Below are positions 27,382 to 39,829 of a stretch of DNA of 64,000 nt, piece after piece. The stretch's first letter is position 1. Every line of letters starts with the position of its first letter. The stretch comes from Lingula anatina (Eukaryota; Animalia; Brachiopoda). The notes below the pieces were generated by a model. It saw only the letters and a program-made list of their open reading frames with translations. It searched no databases and had not been told where the DNA came from. Made by a program: the position numbers and the translations under genes. The stretch is from assembly GCA_051362555.1 (NCBI GenBank), contig CM120640.1, positions 6,076,001 through 6,140,000 of the forward strand, given 5' to 3'.

Positions 27382-28177
27382 CACTAGCAGTCAGATGGAG
27401 TACCATAGAAAGGGTAAAAAATGAGGTCTCAAATTATATCTTTTGTGATGAAATATGATTCAGTGGAAAAGCATAAATCATGATGCATTAATTATGAATC
27501 TAATGATTTTGATATATGGTTGTTCTCTTTAATTTACGACAATTTTGTTGTAAAAATAATTTTGTAAGTGACAGATTCACTATTGTGACCAAGAGACAGG
27601 GTTGTATTTGATATTGGACTTTTTCCAGAGATATTTTCCTTAATGAATATTTTGTGAAATTAGATGTTATTATGACCTAATTTTGGCTGTGATTGTTTCC
27701 TGTTTTGATATTTTTTGTTAATTCAGTCATGGAGTAGTTTTGATGTTAAGATTAAAGGGCAACTCCATGGGATTTTACCCACCAAAATGGATTTTTTCAG
27801 GGGAAAAAAGCAAATTTCTCATACTCACTTATCATTTATCTATCCTTCTCTACACTTGAATTTGTTCTTTAAGTAAATTTATAAAGGATGATTTAGTTTT
27901 AAATGACGGGCCTGTCATTATTACCAGCGACCATCTTCTTAATGATGGATACATACATGTATCAATATCAGGTGAGCTCCAGAAAAAATTATTTAAGGGG
28001 TTAAATCATTTTTAAGGTGTATATTAGGTTTAATAAGAAGCTGCGGATGACAAAAATAAGCATTTGGGGGATTTTCAAAATGATAGAGTGTACCTTTAAC
28101 AATATCAGCATTTGTGAATGTTCACTTTTAATGCTGTTTAAGGGTGTTGTTTTTACATTTGTGTTCCTTCATACAGC

Positions 28178-28410
28178 ATTTAGATATAACCATGTTAATG
28201 TCTGATACTGCATAGTTTTTCTGAATTTTCATTTTATAAGGTAAAAATTAATCAAAAATTGTCACTGAATCATGTAGACAATGTGTAAGTATGTTTTTAG
28301 TACATTTAGATATAACCATGTTAATGTCTTGTACTGTATAGTTTTTCTTATCATTTTTGAACAGATGAAAAATAATCAAAATGTCATAAAATCATGTAGA
28401 CAATGTGTTA
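28178..28410. repeat. Two-copy tandem duplication (~125-bp unit)
   Basis: catttagatataaccatgttaatgtct...aatcatgtagacaatgtgt is repeated at ~28178 and ~28303. Confidence 0.7.
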
Positions 28411-28893
28411 GTACAATTTTTTTTAATTTTGTGTAAATTTGAATGAGATATACCATATTTGTATTTTTAAGAAGTGTACAAAAATGACCAGGGTCATAAT
28501 ATGTAATATGATATTTGTGTAATTTCTTTGTTACTCCATGGTTTTAAAACTCTCTATTTAAAATATTACATATCCATCATTCCTTATTATCTCTGTGCAA
28601 TAATTGATAATGTAATCATCTCAGTTTTATCTGTTTATCACAGAGATGTACTATACCTCATACAGTGTTTAGTTAAAACTATCACTTTGAAGGATTTTTT
28701 TTTAATTTTAATTTTTGTTTTTGTTTTATCATGTTTAAGGACAATAAAATGTAACTTCAAGTATTCTTTTTTTTTATTCATCAGTATCAGTTAATCACTT
28801 CCAAAGCCCAGTCAGATTCACATGGGGTAATATTATTACAGGCCTGCAACAAATAGCCTAAAAAGAAAGTAAAAAAATGCTTCATATCTGCAG

Positions 28894-29330
28894 TTTTATT
28901 TCCTTTGCCAAGGAGGTAATGTTTTTTGCTCCGTTTGTCTGTCTGTCTGTCTCTCTGTTTAAAACTATATAAATGGATGAAGACAGATTTTGATGAAATA
29001 TTCAGTACTGTCGCTTGGGGACCAAGTAACAAACAATTAAGTTTTCGTGGTATTCCAATAATTGGTTAATAAATTGAGTCTGTTTGTAACATTTGAAAAA
29101 AGTTATGGAGGGATTTTTATGAAATTTTCAAGATAGGTCAAAATGGGCTAGATTTAAGTGTTGATTAATTGATTAATTAATTATGGGAATGGAGCTAATT
29201 AATTAGTTAATTTAATTAACTCAATTTTCGTCAACCAGTTTTCTGTCATAATAAACTAATAATGAGAAGTGTGCTAATTAATTATTCAAATATTTATTTT
29301 AAAAATTAAGCTGCCTTGGCAGATGTTTTT
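28894..29330. mobile_element. Helentron-associated (HINE / DINE-1 / pearl-like) non-autonomous element
   Basis: Starts in a T-run with TTTGCCAAGGAGGTAATGTTTT followed by a (GTCT)n microsatellite; subterminal inverted repeat CCTTGGCAGA near 29314, then a T-run and (GTTT)n. Confidence 0.65.
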
Positions 29331-29696
29331 TTTTTTTTTTGTTTGTTTGTTTGTTTGTTTGTTTGTTTGTTTTTCCAAGGGGAACAGGCAGAAAATTTAC
29401 CCTAAGGCCAAAATTAATGAGGTAGATAATGTGTGCAACCCGACCCTAATTATGAGGAAATCATTTTTACTCGCTTCATTCTTCTCACTTTTCCAAATAA
29501 AAAATGCAGTTTTTCTGCATTTTTTTTCTGTCCAAATACATATTGAGGGGATCTATTCAGTGCTTGTTTTATATTGTCTTGTAGTAGAGCCTGATAAAGA
29601 GCTTGAACAAAAAAGATTCAAAGACCGAACTTTATAATGATAATTTGTTTGATGAACTGTTTTTATTTGGGCCTGATATTAAAGGAATATATTCTT

Positions 29697-29698
<2 letters not shown>

Positions 29699-29792
<94 letters not shown>
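29699..29792. repeat. Compound microsatellite (TC)n(TA)n
   Basis: Directly visible. Confidence 0.95.
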
Positions 29793-29793
<1 letters not shown>

Positions 29794-30968
29794 TTGCATC
29801 TGCCATTAAGAATACGATATGTGTATGTATTGTTTAAATGATCAGCTACTAGCACTATTATTTTTATATTTATTATTATATAAAACGTGCGTCAGAGTGG
29901 TAGAGACGGAAAACTCGGACTACATTACAACTGTGCTTGTAACTCTAGCTATGTTTAACCTACTTCGTGGCAATTTCCTTTTCCCATTATCCTCTCTTCA
30001 ACGTACTCGACTTATTGTTAGCAATGTAAATGTTTCTCATAATGATCTGCGAAAAAATTGATACCACTCGAGACCTCATTGAGATCGTTTGACGCGCCTG
30101 GATCAATTTCTACTTCGCCGGTAGATGGAGCCATCAAAACTTAAGACTTTGAATAGAACTTCACTCATGCCTAGCAACCACGCTCAGATTTGTTTACATA
30201 TGGTGGCAAAATCTAAAGACGGCGACCCGTTTCCTGTAGACAAGTTAGCAGTAAGATATGTAGTCACTGTCGAGGATATTCCAGCATTTTGAGAAAACAT
30301 GGAATGTGGTCTAATAAGTGACGGTAGGCTTATATTTCTCAGATTACGATTAATGCATTTAAAGATTAATGCCTCAGTCAATGGGGACGTTAACGATTAA
30401 CCTGTGGAGCCCTGCAGAACCCATAGCGCTGGTATACTGCTTAGCCCCTTGCTTGCCTGGCGCAAGCTGGTGCAAGCTTGCAATATTGTTTTCTCAAGTC
30501 TGTACACTGTGAGCCTAAATACCAACTAGATCGTCTACTGAAAGTTGCCTCTTTACTTTCTCCGCTGGCTCTGCTGGGTAAAGATGAGAAGATCAATATT
30601 GAGATCAAGATTAATAACGTCTCGACACCTATTGAACTAAACGCCTCCGGCTAGGTTGACCGTATCGTAACGATCCGGTCACACCGACACGTGAAATCCT
30701 GAAGGAATCGGCTTTTCTTTAGCATTTTTAAATGGCCAAAAATCTTTTGCTCTGTATATTATTCGTGGAAATTTCTAACAGTGGTAATCACTTCCACAAA
30801 GGGGAGTAGGGAAACGCTACAGTGACAATATTATAACTGAGCCAACTTCGTTGTACCGAGGCCGTCTTGTGAACGTGTGCGCATAAGAGAGAGAGAGAGC
30901 AAAATGGAAAATGATTTTTTATGTTAGTTGATGAGCAGTATCTTAAACGCTAATTTCCCTGGTTGCAG

Positions 30969-33900
30969 GTGATGCCGTGTTTAAGGAACGCTACTATGGC
31001 GTCCTCCCCGAACCTACTTCGGAACTCAGCGTGGATGAGAAGAGGGCGCTAGAGGAACCGTTCACGTACCCCGAGTTGACAGCAAACGAGAAGTCAAAAG
31101 TCACGAAACTACTGACAGGGAACCTGCCACTGGACGAACTTCCAGCGTCGCCTAAGCAAGCAGTCAGGGTGTATATGAACGCACCCCTTATTGGTGAGTT
31201 GAACTGTGCAATAAGAATGCAAATATACGTACGTAAATATAGTGCTGCGGAATGTAAACGCGACTGTTATCACGTGTATTTAATTTGTATTCAGGTTATA
31301 TCTATGGGTGACTTTTAACCCAGGAGTTACCAGTCAGTTGACTACACATCCTGACTGTCCAACTGAGTGATGTATTTGAGAAACGTGAAGATTACCAGCA
31401 GGCGATATAGCAGACACCCTGAGCTTCAGAGCTAACTTGACACTAACCTTTTCACTGTAGCCTATCTCCATCGTGTTACTTGACACGATGGAGATAGGCT
31501 ACAGTGAAAAGGTTAGTGTCAAGTTAGCTCTGAAGCTCAGGGTGTATAGCAGAGGGCGCGTTTATGGCATTATCTACTAATTTTACAACTTATAATCACA
31601 TATAATCATATCAAAAGCGTTTCGTCGTATTTGGCCCTAAGTTGAAACAACAAACGGGATCGGTTAATAGGAAAGGGTGGGGATGATATTGAATGAAAGA
31701 GATCCATGTATATCTCTAAAGCGGGGTAACAGTCTACAAACCGATCTTTTTACCCGTAATTTTTCAAAGAATGTAAACAACACCCAATTCTTTTTGGTAA
31801 TTTTGTATTTCATTTCTCTCAGATACCATCCAAGAACGCAGCGCACTCATCCAGAAAATTTACCCCAAACTCAAAAGTTTTTGCAGGGACAAACATGGTG
31901 TGGAGTTTCAGGTAAGTTTTGTCTAGGATAAAATCACTTACGCCAGTTTAATCAGGCCGTATTATTCAGTTAAACATCCGTTATGACAACCTGTCATATT
32001 AGCCTAAGTGCGATCTAATTTAATACTGAATGCGTTTTCACTGGAATTGATATAAATTATTATAAGTTATTGAACGTTGATAGTATTTATCTATTTCTTT
32101 ATTCTGATGAAGATGATGGTGATTATGGACCTTCCTTCATGAAGACCTCTTGAAAATGTTGCTGCAAAGCTGATAAGTTTATTATTAAAAATTGCAGATG
32201 GTTGACTTGAACTGGGGTGTCCTTCCACCGGTCAGAGACAATGACCACTCGATGCTGGACACTTACCTACGCGAAGTCCAGTATTGCAGGAGCCATTCTG
32301 TGGGACCAAGTTTAGTGGTAGGTGCATAGTTAGAAACCATTAAATAGATGGTAAAAGATGTCATTTAAACATTCAGAAATAAAATAAAACTAGATTTCAT
32401 CTGATTAGTAGTACCATATCATGACTAATAAGGCGTGACTGGATCCAGGACCCCTCCCTTATATATGCTTTTTTTCTTCGTCGCTATCCTTTTTTCTTCG
32501 TCGCCCCCTCAACTTCCATATAGGGGAGAAGACACTCTTTTGGTGCCTTTGATCGACAGATGAACAGATTTTGTATCACGAATAAACATACCGTATCAGA
32601 CTTCTTTCAAATATGACGAGATAGATTTAAAACATCTCGAATTAAAGAAAAAGAAAAACCAAGCCTTCAAAATTCTGCATGTTATATTTTCCAGTCAATT
32701 CTAGGCCAGAAGTACGGCGATCAGCAAGTTCCCGCGTGGATTCTCACTAGTGACTACAAAGCCATCTTGAAGCTGCTCGAGGGTGCCGGAAAGGACGTGT
32801 CACTGCTTCATAAATGGTATTGGGAGGACAGCAACAGGCAACCTCCCGTCTACATACTACAGCCTGTTGATGAAGTTTCTTGGCGTCATACGGATTTAGG
32901 TATGTGTATTACATTGCATTTTACTACACAAAAAATTATTGTAGTGTGTGTCGAAAGTGGAAGTTTGTAGTTCTATGTTTACTGGATGAAAAAGTTGTAC
33001 TGTCCCCTGTAAAATTTGCAGTAATTAAACAGCACTTATAATTTTGTTGAGTAAAAAGCATATGTGAATGAGATTTTAAAAAGTGGATATTTATATTTTA
33101 GGTATTCCAGCAGAGTCTTGGGTCGACACGGAGAAAAAGCTTCTGGTGCTATTTAACACTGCCCTGGCACTGTACGCCAAACACCTGACATCACAGTCGA
33201 ATGAGACGAACGGTCTGCTACATCAACAGTTTCAAAATCGGCTTAAATTTTCAGGTTGGTCGAAGGGAACATTGCTGTTGTTGTTTTTTTTTTCATCTAT
33301 TCATTATTTTTGTTTGTGTTGTTACAACGTTAGCAGTTTTCAACTGTGTATTTGAAGTGTTGGATGTTTTTCTTCCATTTTTCTTTCTTTCATATTTTTG
33401 ATCCAATTATTTATTTATTTATTCATGCACTTTGAAAAGATAGAGGAAAAATAAGTATTAAACGTGGTATATTTCTTTTTTTTAGTTGTGGAGCAGGAAA
33501 TGCGCGGTGGAGTGGCAGACAATGATATTGCAGACGACAATCATAGGATATGTTACATTCGAACAATAGCAGATCTTCACAAAAATCTGGACAAGAAAAG
33601 GGCGTACCGCTATATCGACTTCAAAAAAGGTACAAAAGGACTATCCAATTCAGCAACAGATGCCACAAATAAACTCAAATTGCTTATCCGTAATAATGTC
33701 AATGACAAACATCTCGCTGAATTCACTGTGAAATGGAGCGAGCCTCACGGTATAGATCCCGCCGACCATGCCGAATATCTAGAACACTTCTGTAACGACT
33801 TCTATTATCGTATGGTTAAATTGATTGACGCAAACATGGATGCACGGCAAGTGATGGCAAGTGACCATGTATATGAAGAAGCCGCTCGCCATTGGCGTCT

Positions 33901-36900
33901 TGCTAAAGAAAGATGTGGCAAGTTCATGGGCCGCACAGACGAGCTTGTTCACATACGTGAGTATTTGCTTCGGGAGACAAACGAGCCGCTTGTCATTCAC
34001 GCTCCGTCAGGCTACGGGAAGACGTCTCTCATTTCCAAGGCCGCCCAGGAGGTGAACTCTTACCTGCAGTCTCATGGGAGGGGCATCCATGCGCTCGTTG
34101 TTCTCCGAATATTAGGGTTGACTCCCCGAAGTCGAAATCTCCACCAAGTGTTGAAGACGATGTGCCACCAACTTGCAGCTGGCTGTGGAAAGTATCGCTA
34201 CGAAATACCAGACGATGTGAAGAGTTTGAAACAATATTTCCGTGATTTCATACAGAGAGGGGAATTTGCTGGAATGATCGTGCTCCTCCTGGACGGATTG
34301 AACAAACTGGACCCAGATGACAGTGCCCTGGGATTGGAGTGGTTGCCAGTCAAGCTGCCTGATAACGTGAAGATCATCGTGACAACGACACCAGACGAGA
34401 ACGGTACTTTATCTAGACTCAGATTTATGATCCCTGGGCCAGAAAACTTCATTGACTTGAAGGCAATGAAACCACATCTATGCAACGAGATAGTTCAAAT
34501 GCTGCTAAAACAAGCAACGCGGGGCATCAACGATATTCAACTTAAAGTCATCAACAAGGCGTTTCGCACGTACACGGCCGTCATGGGTATCACGCCACTA
34601 TACATAAAGCTTGTGTTTGAAGAGGCTGTCAGATGGAAGTTCTACACAGAAGTTGATCTCGAGACGTTGCCAAAGACCATCTATGGCATATTCAATCATG
34701 TCCTGGAGAGGTTAGAAAAGAGGCACGGGCAAATGATTGTATCCAGATGCCTAGGTTACATCACGCTGTCACCAGATGGCCTAAGCGAGGCAGAACTGGA
34801 TGACATTCTCAGTCTAGATGATGGCGTGTTGAACTCCCTGTATGTCACTTGGGAGCCCCCATTACGCCGTTTCCCCACAGTGCACTGGGTAAGGGTTAGA
34901 CAGGATTTAGCGGGATACCTGGTGGAGCGAGAAAATGACGGCGTAGACCTGTTAACCTGGCACCACAAAGAGCTAGCTGATGTGGTTAGGGAGCGATACC
35001 TTGGTCACTCAGATGCAGAATGCAAGATGCGAAACAACTTGGCCGATTTCTTCTTGGGAAAGTGGAGCGGCACATGGAAAAAGCCATTCAAGTATGAGCC
35101 GCCGTGCACAGAAGGTCTGAAGAAGACGGATCCACAGAGCGAAGCAGTGAGATATGTGTGTGATCAGCCACTCATCTTCAACAGTCTCACCATCAAACCT
35201 AAATTCAACTACAGAAAGCTCACCCAACTACCCGTTCACCTGGCAGAGTGCAACAGAACAGAGGAGCTGAAGACAGAAGTATTGTTTCACTATGAATGGA
35301 TACACACTAAACTCAAGGCGACCTCGTTTCGCCAGATGCTCAATGATTTTCACCTTATCAAAGACAGAGAGGCAGCATTAGTGGAGGAAGCTCTTAGAAT
35401 GTCAGAATCCGCGCTTGTTGTGAATCCTGATTCACTAAGCCACCAACTTTTGGGTCGTCTCCTTCCTCACATGCACCAATACCCACTGATCAAACGACTC
35501 CTTAACCAGTGTGACCTGATTGCAATGACCCATGGCGCCCTTGTACCAAGATATCAGCTGTACACCACCCCTGGGGCACCGCTTCAATACATCTGTGATA
35601 TTAAAAAGGAGATCTCTTCAGAGTCAGAAATGCAGGCCATAGACGCCCAAGATGCGATACTGCTTGCCGCCAAACGGCCGTCCAGCAACAGAATGAGTAT
35701 CTGGAACGTTACGAGCGGAGAGCCGCGACCGATCATGACCCTTCCTCAGGGTAAAATCCACACAACGCCTGATGGTCGATTTTTTAACATATTGAAAAGT
35801 AACCGGTCAATTCAGACGTACAAGGTCGACACAGGAGAGTTGTATGGGGAGGTCCAGTTTTCACAAGCCCAAGTCGACTACGTTACAGTTTCCAACAAAT
35901 ATGTCGCCTTCACAGTAAAGCAGCAGAGATGCCCGTTTGTTATTGATCACCAAGAGCGAAAGTACATCCACACATTTGACAGTCAGTCTCAATGTGTGGC
36001 TATTAGTAGGAATGATCAGTATATCATATTCAATGCTGATCACGACTGTCTAGCATTTCACGAATTCCCAATGTTAGAACAGCGTCGATGTGCCATTTCG
36101 GTGAATGATGTCCCTACAAAGATGGTCTTCGCAAAGGAACCAACAAAAGTCTTTGTTATGTTCCGCGGCAAATCTCTCAAGTGCTACACTGTAAATTTGG
36201 TGAAAAAGAATGCAGTAGAAAAGGCTGTCCTAGGCGACCTAGAAATGCAAGATTTTAAGTTGTCTCATACCGACAAATACATCCTTGTAAGATCATCGAG
36301 GTGCCTGTTCCTATTAGATGCCAACACCTGCAAGCAACTGTTCAGGTTTTCTGATGTCCCAACTGGCGTTTTTGTCGAGTCCAATTCTACGTTCAGAGAG
36401 GCTGGGTTTTCTCCAAATGATGCATACGTTGTAGCTATTAGACACACGTATTTGTGTCTATGGGACACCTGTACCGGCACACCTAAGAGACTGTTCCAAA
36501 CTTCCGTGCTACCAATCACCTCCATGGCCACTTCCCGGTGCTTCGCCAAAGTAGCCACGTGGTCTGAGGACCACGTTCTGAAAGTCTGGGACCTGAACAA
36601 CCTGGACACCGACGTTGTTCACTCAAACGAGATCTTTGAGGGAACAATTTTCAATTTTGCAGTGTCGACCTTGGGACCAAATTCAAAGATCGTTTGTTGC
36701 GGTACGTACAGTGCAGAAGCTAAAATTCTGGGATCCGACACAGGTATTTGTGAGCGCACGGTAGAACACAGCAACGAGACTCATCGCCGCGTCACAGAAG
36801 TGCTCGTTTCGCGGGATGGAAAATTCATATTGACCAGGGCAGATAACGTTGAAGATATGAACACAGCAGATCCAGACAAAGCCTGGACATTTTTGCGTGA

Positions 36901-38092
36901 AGACAAGGTTTGGGACACTGCCTCCGGTCAGATGATATTCAGAGCCAATAATAGTCGTTGTGCGCTGTTCACAGCAGACAGTGAAGCCGTGGTAATCATT
37001 CAGTGCGATACATACACCCCAGATGATCCGGAATCAAGAGTCTACAGGGCACTTTTTCTTGATCTGAATTCAAAAGAACAGCAGAGTTTTGAGCTCCCGC
37101 GTGCTGAGATTGTCAGTGCTCCTTTCGTCACTAGCCGAAGTGGTCGGCTGGCTTATCTTATGCAGAAAGTGCGGCACGACATCGATGCTGTTACCGACGA
37201 ACCGTTCGACATCTACGAGACTCGTCTATGTATCCACTCACTTTCCAAATTCGTGCATCACCCAAGACTACTCGCTCTCCGAGATATCGTACCGGGAGCC
37301 GACAGGAGCTTCAGTTTGTTAGACGTCAGACAGACAGTTGAAGACAATTTCTTCGTAGTATATCGAAAGGACGACGCCCCGTTTGAATATAAGAATGATG
37401 GGACGTTGGACAGGGGTCGCCCCGTAGCTAAAGGCGCATTGCTGTTTGATGTGGTTCACCACAAAGTTCTGGAAAAGTTCGACTGTTTTATGGAACCATC
37501 CTCAGATATTCAGTCCACTGTGTATTCCCGCCATTATTCCATCGCTGTAGATCAAAACCTGGGGGTATTTGATATACGCAGAGGGATGAAAGTGCATACG
37601 CTGAAAATGAATCCTGCCGCCGACTGTAGGCCTCGATTGTTGCTAGATGGAAAATACGTTGCAACGTTGTCCGAGAACAGACGGATGCTGCTTGTTTCAC
37701 GCGCGTCGGATAGCGTGGAAAAAGCGCGTGCCTTCATCCACGGGTATGCAGAAGCCATCCACGTGTCCGAGGACGATAGGACGGTATTTGTCAGCACCCA
37801 GGACGGTCGCATTCTCAGTTTTCTCCTCATTCTAGACACGGCAGACCCGGTGATAGAATTAATCAGCAAAGTCCCCAGTCGAGCGCAGAGCCGGCCATCG
37901 AGGAGTCTCATATACAATGACATTCAACAGGCATCTACAAAAACTTTTGAGCTTCATCGCCTGTCTGTTGCCTATAGACACGAGCTGCGTGAACAGATAC
38001 GTCGCCCTCCAAGTTATCGTACGCTCGAGACGGCCGTGCTTGTCACTCAGAGAAATAACACTTTTAAGTCCCAGTCATGTTCTATACAATGA
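30969..38092 (+). CDS. NACHT and WD40 repeat protein, NWD2-like (DUF4062/TIR-like N-terminus, NACHT NTPase, WD40 propellers), about 1800 aa; first coding exon not identified
   Basis: Exons 30969-31193, 31823-31911, 32198-32317, 32695-32899, 33102-33254, 33486-38092. VRVYMNA..DTIQERSALIQKIYPKLKSFCRDKHGVEFQMVDLNWG, LGQKYG, Walker A APSGYGKTS, Walker B VLLLDGL, GLSEAELDDILSLDD, WD-like repeats (LKVWD, LCLWD), terminal CSIQ*. Confidence 0.9.
31415..31544. mobile_element. Perfect foldback MITE with 9-bp TSD (Mutator/MULE-like) in an NWD intron
   Basis: Two 62-bp perfectly complementary arms around a 6-nt loop (TACTTG); TATAGCAGA at 31406-31414 and 31545-31553. Confidence 0.92.
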
Positions 38093-38353
38093 GAATTCGA
38101 GATTGGCGGATTTTGTCACATTATATAGAAAATGGCATTGTTTCGTAAAATTTGGTTTAATCTTGTTGTTGACAGTCACAGTTTTTTTAATGAAATGTGA
38201 CTCAAATGCATCGCTTTTAGTTTTTACCTGCGTATTTTTAAACAAAGATCTGAGCAGATCAAAAAACGCTGAAGTCATTTCCATGTCGTGGGTAAAATTT
38301 AATATGTGCCAACTTATGTTATGTAAATGTAGCACCTTCACTGGCAGCTCCAG

Positions 38354-39040
38354 GGGCCGGTTTCACAAAGCAGTAGTTAGTTAGCGATCGGTAGTTAGCC
38401 TCTCGCTAGTTATAGTGCCGTTTCACGAAGCAGTCGCTAGTTCTCTCGCTCGTTATTGTCTCGTTGTTGCCTTGGATATTTAACGACTGGTCAGACCAGT
38501 CGCTAACTCTAGAGTTTCATCGTACGCATGCGTAATGAGCGAAATAAAAAGGTTGCTTAGTTACCGTTGTCTGTCGTCTGTCTTTGTATCCAATATGGCG
38601 ACTACCTTTCTTGCTAACCGTACCGCCAGACGGCAACGTAGACTACGACGTTTTCATGAAAGGCAGAATCTATTAGAATAAACGCACGATGATGCAATTT
38701 ACGAGAGGTTGCGCCTAGCTGTGACAAAAAGAGCGGCAAAAATGTGGTGGAGATCCTTTACGACGACCTCAAAGCAGACGTTCTTATGCATTTCCAGCCA
38801 CCAAAAAATGGAGAGTTTGTGCTTTCGTGACACTTTTACGCAAGAGTTCCACTTCCGGCAGACGGTTTCGAGACTACGGTGAGTAACGAGAGAACTAACG
38901 ACCAAACTTTACGACTGAACTTAGCGATGAGTTAACGACTGCTTCGTGAAACACCCCTCGAAAATCGCTAAGTTTGCTCGTTAGCGAGGTAGTTCAGTAG
39001 TTAGTTGTTCTAACTAACTACTGCTTTGTGAAACCGGCCC
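38354..39040. mobile_element. PIF/Harbinger-type non-autonomous DNA transposon (687 bp)
   Basis: 31-bp TIR GGGCCGGTTTCACAAAGCAGTAGTTAGTTAG / CTAACTAACTACTGCTTTGTGAAACCGGCCC, 3-bp TSD CAG, internal repeat TTTCACGAAGCAGTCG, and an interrupted frame from ~38595 resembling a Harbinger transposase N-terminus. Confidence 0.88.
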
Positions 39041-39829
39041 CAGAATACCAAGAAAAGGAGAGCGGGGGCAAAAAAGGCAGCTGGCTATTTTGCCCGTCCC
39101 ACTCCCGACAATATGTGGATAAACTCTCGCCTCCCTTCATCTCCCAAATAACAACTGAATGTTAAAATTTGGAAAAGACGGGGTTTGGGCGCTGGATAAC
39201 AATTACTTTTGCTCCCTTGTTAATCTGCTGACTGGGTGTGTGTGTGTGTGTGTGTGTGTGCTCTTGTGCACGCATTCTAACCGAGGACACACACCCGCCC
39301 GAAACCCACTAACCGAGGACACACCTCCAACCGAGGACGTCCTCGGTTGACATAAGCAGTGGAATGCATAAAGGGGCCCATTTCAAGTTAGGTGGTGAAA
39401 TTTGACGCTATTCTGAGCCAGTCCTCGGTTATGCTGTATAGCGCGGGCCAAATTCCCGCCACGAGTGTATCAGAAATACTGTCCAACTTTTTGTCTGAAA
39501 TCGGGCTATACACACGCGTCCTCGGTTGTGCTGTTAAGGGCGGACCAAATTCCGCGTCCTCGGTTGTGCTGTAAAGGGCAGACTAAACTGAAACTAATGT
39601 TATATCTCAGATGTCTATATATTCAGTAAGTTCATATTTTTAAACTAAAGGTCTTTTTTATCAAATTAAGCTCTCCTAGGCCGTTACGTAACTACATAAC
39701 TATCATCGCACTGTACATATTACGGCACGCTTCTTTATTAGTACAACTGACTTGGAGTGGTTTAAATAAAGAAGAACTGTCTGAATTTGTGGCTCACTCG
39801 GTAGATCTTAGGACCGACAATCTTTTGAG

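Noticed and set aside
29603-29837. ORFs with SLSLSL/YIYIYI runs (similarly CVCVCV and poly-F/K ORFs at 43030-43298, 53392, 58160, 59398)
   Set aside because: Translations of microsatellites and homopolymers.
30125-30292. Short ATG-initiated frame as the first NWD exon
   Set aside because: Its apparent donor (GCA|GTAAGA) is phase 0 while the next exon needs phase 1; the start remains unresolved.
33779-37923. Many small antisense and alternate-frame ORFs
   Set aside because: Shadows of the 4.6-kb NWD exon with no independent motifs.
23986-38092. KCTD + phosphatase + NWD as a single functional system
   Set aside because: Adjacency in an animal genome is weak evidence; nothing in the sequence links them beyond the shared KCTD/phosphatase promoter.
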